From Eledone cirrhosa (taxonomy: Eukaryota), in NCBI GenBank assembly GCA_964016885.1, contig OZ024740.1, positions 261,020,001-261,084,000 of the forward strand: 64,000 nt of DNA, written 5' to 3'. Below are positions 61,052 through 64,000 of this stretch, piece after piece. Below the pieces are notes generated by a model, which was given only the letters and a program-made list of their open reading frames with translations, did not search any database and was not told the origin of the DNA. The translations under genes and the position numbers were made by a program. The stretch's first letter is position 1; every line of letters starts with the position of its first letter.

Positions 61052-62067
61052 CCACAAAATACTAGCTCTTTCAATTGCGCAGAGGGTTCTATAGAAATAG
61101 TGGACAGCTGGGTGACAAAATCAGCAGTGGGGGAGGGTGCTCTGAAAGTACAGTAGCTAGAGTCAGAACTGGTTGGAAAAAGTTCAGAGAGCTTATACCA
61201 CTATTAGCTGCTAAAGGGTTCTCCCTAAAAATGAAAGGCAGGTTGTACGATGCCTGCATACGAACAGCAATGCTGCATGGCAGTGAGACCTGGGCATTGT
61301 GTGCAGAGGATATACGCAGACTAGAGAGGAACGAAGCTTGCATGCTCCGCTGGATGTGTAACAGTAATATACGTGAACGGCAAAGCATAAACGAACTAAG
61401 GAAAAAATTAGAGATAAGAGGGATCAGATGTTGTTTACTCGAGAGAAGGCTACGTTGGTACGGACACGTGATGTGCATGAAAGTCGATAGCTGTATAACA
61501 AAGTGCAGGGCAATAAAGATAGACGGTCGCCACGGAATAGGCAGACCTAGAAAAACCTGGGACGAGCTGATAAACTCCGACATCACACACTTACACCTCT
61601 CCAAGACAATGTCACTGGACCGAGACCGTTGGCGGTACTCAGTAACAGAGAAGACCCGCCTTACCTAAATATATAGTAAAACCTACTCCAGCCAGTAGGT
61701 ATCTCTAACAAAATACACCCCGTCCCACCACCACCACCCCCACCCCATCCACACCACCCCGTTCTATGTAAAGTTATGTTGGTGCCGCGCCATCGAGGCC
61801 GAAACAAATGAGATCGTGTAGGTGTCACGACAAAAAAACACACAGTCCACGCTGTAATGTGGCCGTGTAGGCAACACGGTAAAAACCTCCCAGACCCACA
61901 CTGTAAATGTGGTTGGTGTTAGGAAGGGCATCCAACTGTAGAAAACCTGCCAGACAGTCCTATGCGAGCAAGACAATCACTCTTGCCTCAAGTGGGACTA
62001 CCCCCGTCCAAACCCATGCAAGCGTGGAACACGGACGTTAAACGTTGATGATGATGATGATGATGAT
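61052..62067 (+). mobile_element. 5'-truncated RTE copy, same family as 37936-41920 but in opposite orientation
   Basis: ORF 61075-61668 is nearly identical to 38995-39573; same 3' UTR with a single 112-bp unit and (GAT)n tail. Confidence 0.92.
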
Positions 62068-62488
62068 ATATATATATAACATTAAATTAAAACTCGTTTG
62101 GCGTATATATATATATAGAATAAACACATCAAACAATTATAGGGGATAATTTGTAAAGAGTGTAAACACACATACTTACAGAGGTAACATATTAAAAATT
62201 AACGAGAACCTTGCAATAATTGTTTCTACTTTAGGCACAAGGCCAGCAATTACCCAGTGCATTACTGGTACTTTATTTTATCGACCCCGTAAGGATTGCA
62301 ATAATGATTAATATATATATATATAAAGCAACAGAGGGAAATATACAGACAGACATACAGACAGATAACTACTAAATTACTAAAATTATTATCTGTTTAA
62401 GTTTTTAAGTTTGGTCTGCTATATTGTATAACTAAACATGAACAAACAATGACAACAATGTGATAAAGACTTGCTATTTTCTCCTTAC

Positions 62489-62566
62489 CATTTGGTATTG
62501 TTCTTCAACCTTCTTTGCAGCCTTATCTGTGGCATCACCAACATTATAACCACCCTTGTTATTGTT
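62489..62566 (-). CDS. DD3-3-like protein, first coding exon in window (phase 0/0); upstream exon(s) lie beyond the window
   Basis: tttttag|AAC...ATG|gtaagg; translates NNNKGGYNVGDATDKAAKKVEEQYQM, matching the NNNxGGYNVG motif I recall from DD3-3-family proteins. Confidence 0.85.
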
Positions 62567-62821
62567 CTAAAAAAAATCAGTAATATTTAATTATATTCTG
62601 ACTGTGGGAAGTATCTATTATCATTGTAAGTAGAACAAGGAATTAGCAGAAATGGTAGATTTGTAAACATTTACTATTAGCTTTACCATTACCAATCCTA
62701 TGACCCTCCAAGCTCATCAGGGCACTGCAGGGTGGAACAAGGTACCATCTCCAACTACCCATCTCTACTACAGGCCAGAATTGGGTGTCATGAAATCTCT
62801 ACCAGTCCATTTAGTGATGTT

Positions 62822-64000
62822 ATACAGCCATACCAAGACCTATACACAGCCATACCAACACCTAGACACAACCATGCCAACACCTATACACAGCCATACC
62901 ACCACCTAAACACAGCCATACCAACACCTAAACACAGCCATACCACCACCTAAACACAGCCATGCCACCACCTATATACAGCCATACCAACACCTATACA
63001 CAGCCATGCCAACACCTATACACAGCCATACCAACACCTAAACACAGCCATACCAACACCTATACACAGCCATGCCAACACCTAAACACAGCCATACCAC
63101 CACCTAAACACAGCCATGCCACCTATATACAGCCATACCAACACCTATACACAGCCATACCACCACCTATACACATCCATGCCAATACCTATACACAGCC
63201 ATACTAACACCTATAGACAGCCATACCAACTCCTATACACAGCCATGCCAACACCTATGCACAGCCATACCAACTCCTATACACAGCCATGCCAACACCT
63301 ATACACAGCCATGCCAACTCCTATACACAGCCATGCCAACACCTATGCACAGCCATACCAACTCCTATACACAGCCATGCCAACACCTATACACAGCCAT
63401 GCCAACACCTATACACAGCCATACCAACACCTATACACAGCCATACCAACACCTATACACAGCCATACCAACACCTATACACAGCCATACCAACTCCGAT
63501 ACACAGCCATACCAACTCCGATACACAGCCATACCAACTCCAATACACAGCCATGCCAACACCTATACACAGCCATACCAACACCTATACACAGCCATAC
63601 CAACACCTATACACAGCCATGCCAAAGCCATACCAACACCTAAAGACAGCCATACCAACACCTATACACAGCCATACCAACACCTATACACAGCCATACC
63701 AACTCCGATACACAGCCATACCAACTCCAATACACAGCCATACCAACACCTATACACAGCCATACCAACACCTATACACAGCCATGCCAAAGCCATACCA
63801 ACACCTAAAGACAGCCATACCAACACCTATACACAGCCATACCAACACCTATACACAGCCATACCAACTCCGATACACAGCCATACCAACTCCAATACAC
63901 AGCCATGCCAACACCTATACACAGCCGTACCAACACCTAAAGACAGCCATACCAACACCTATACACAGCCATACCAACACCTATACACTTCCATACCAAC
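62822..64000. repeat. 22-bp minisatellite running off the window end
   Basis: ACAGCCATACCAACACCTATAC units. Confidence 0.93.

Noticed and set aside
62700-63643. Pro/His/Thr-rich ORFs as an upstream exon
   Set aside because: Translation of the 22-bp minisatellite, on the strand opposite the host gene

Overview
AT-rich, repeat-saturated animal genomic DNA; the SINE/RTE/microsatellite landscape suggests an octopod cephalopod (inference). One host gene is present: 12 minus-strand coding exons (62566 to 7101; 1818 nt, 605 aa plus stop, all GT-AG, phases consistent) of a DD3-3-like protein whose first exon(s) lie beyond the window. The introns hold decayed LINEs (RTE, CR1-like, R4/Dong-like, L1/Tx1), several Penelope-like elements (Neptune- and Naiad-type), a non-autonomous Gypsy-type LTR element, hAT and Helitron non-autonomous elements, tRNA-derived SINEs, minisatellites and long (TA)n tracts. 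The standout is a 468-bp, apparently identical-copy tandem array (57238-60099; about 4 direct plus about 2 inverted units). Every unit carries a complete type I hammerhead ribozyme inside a highly base-paired non-coding RNA, making it a retrozyme-like candidate. Four of these ribozymes lie on the host pre-mRNA strand. At least eight further hammerhead motifs of Penelope pLTR type are scattered through the window, including a U3-A8 core variant. The long Y/I/T/H/C/V-rich ORFs in the track are microsatellite artefacts. All structures were read by eye; no folding or database search was run.
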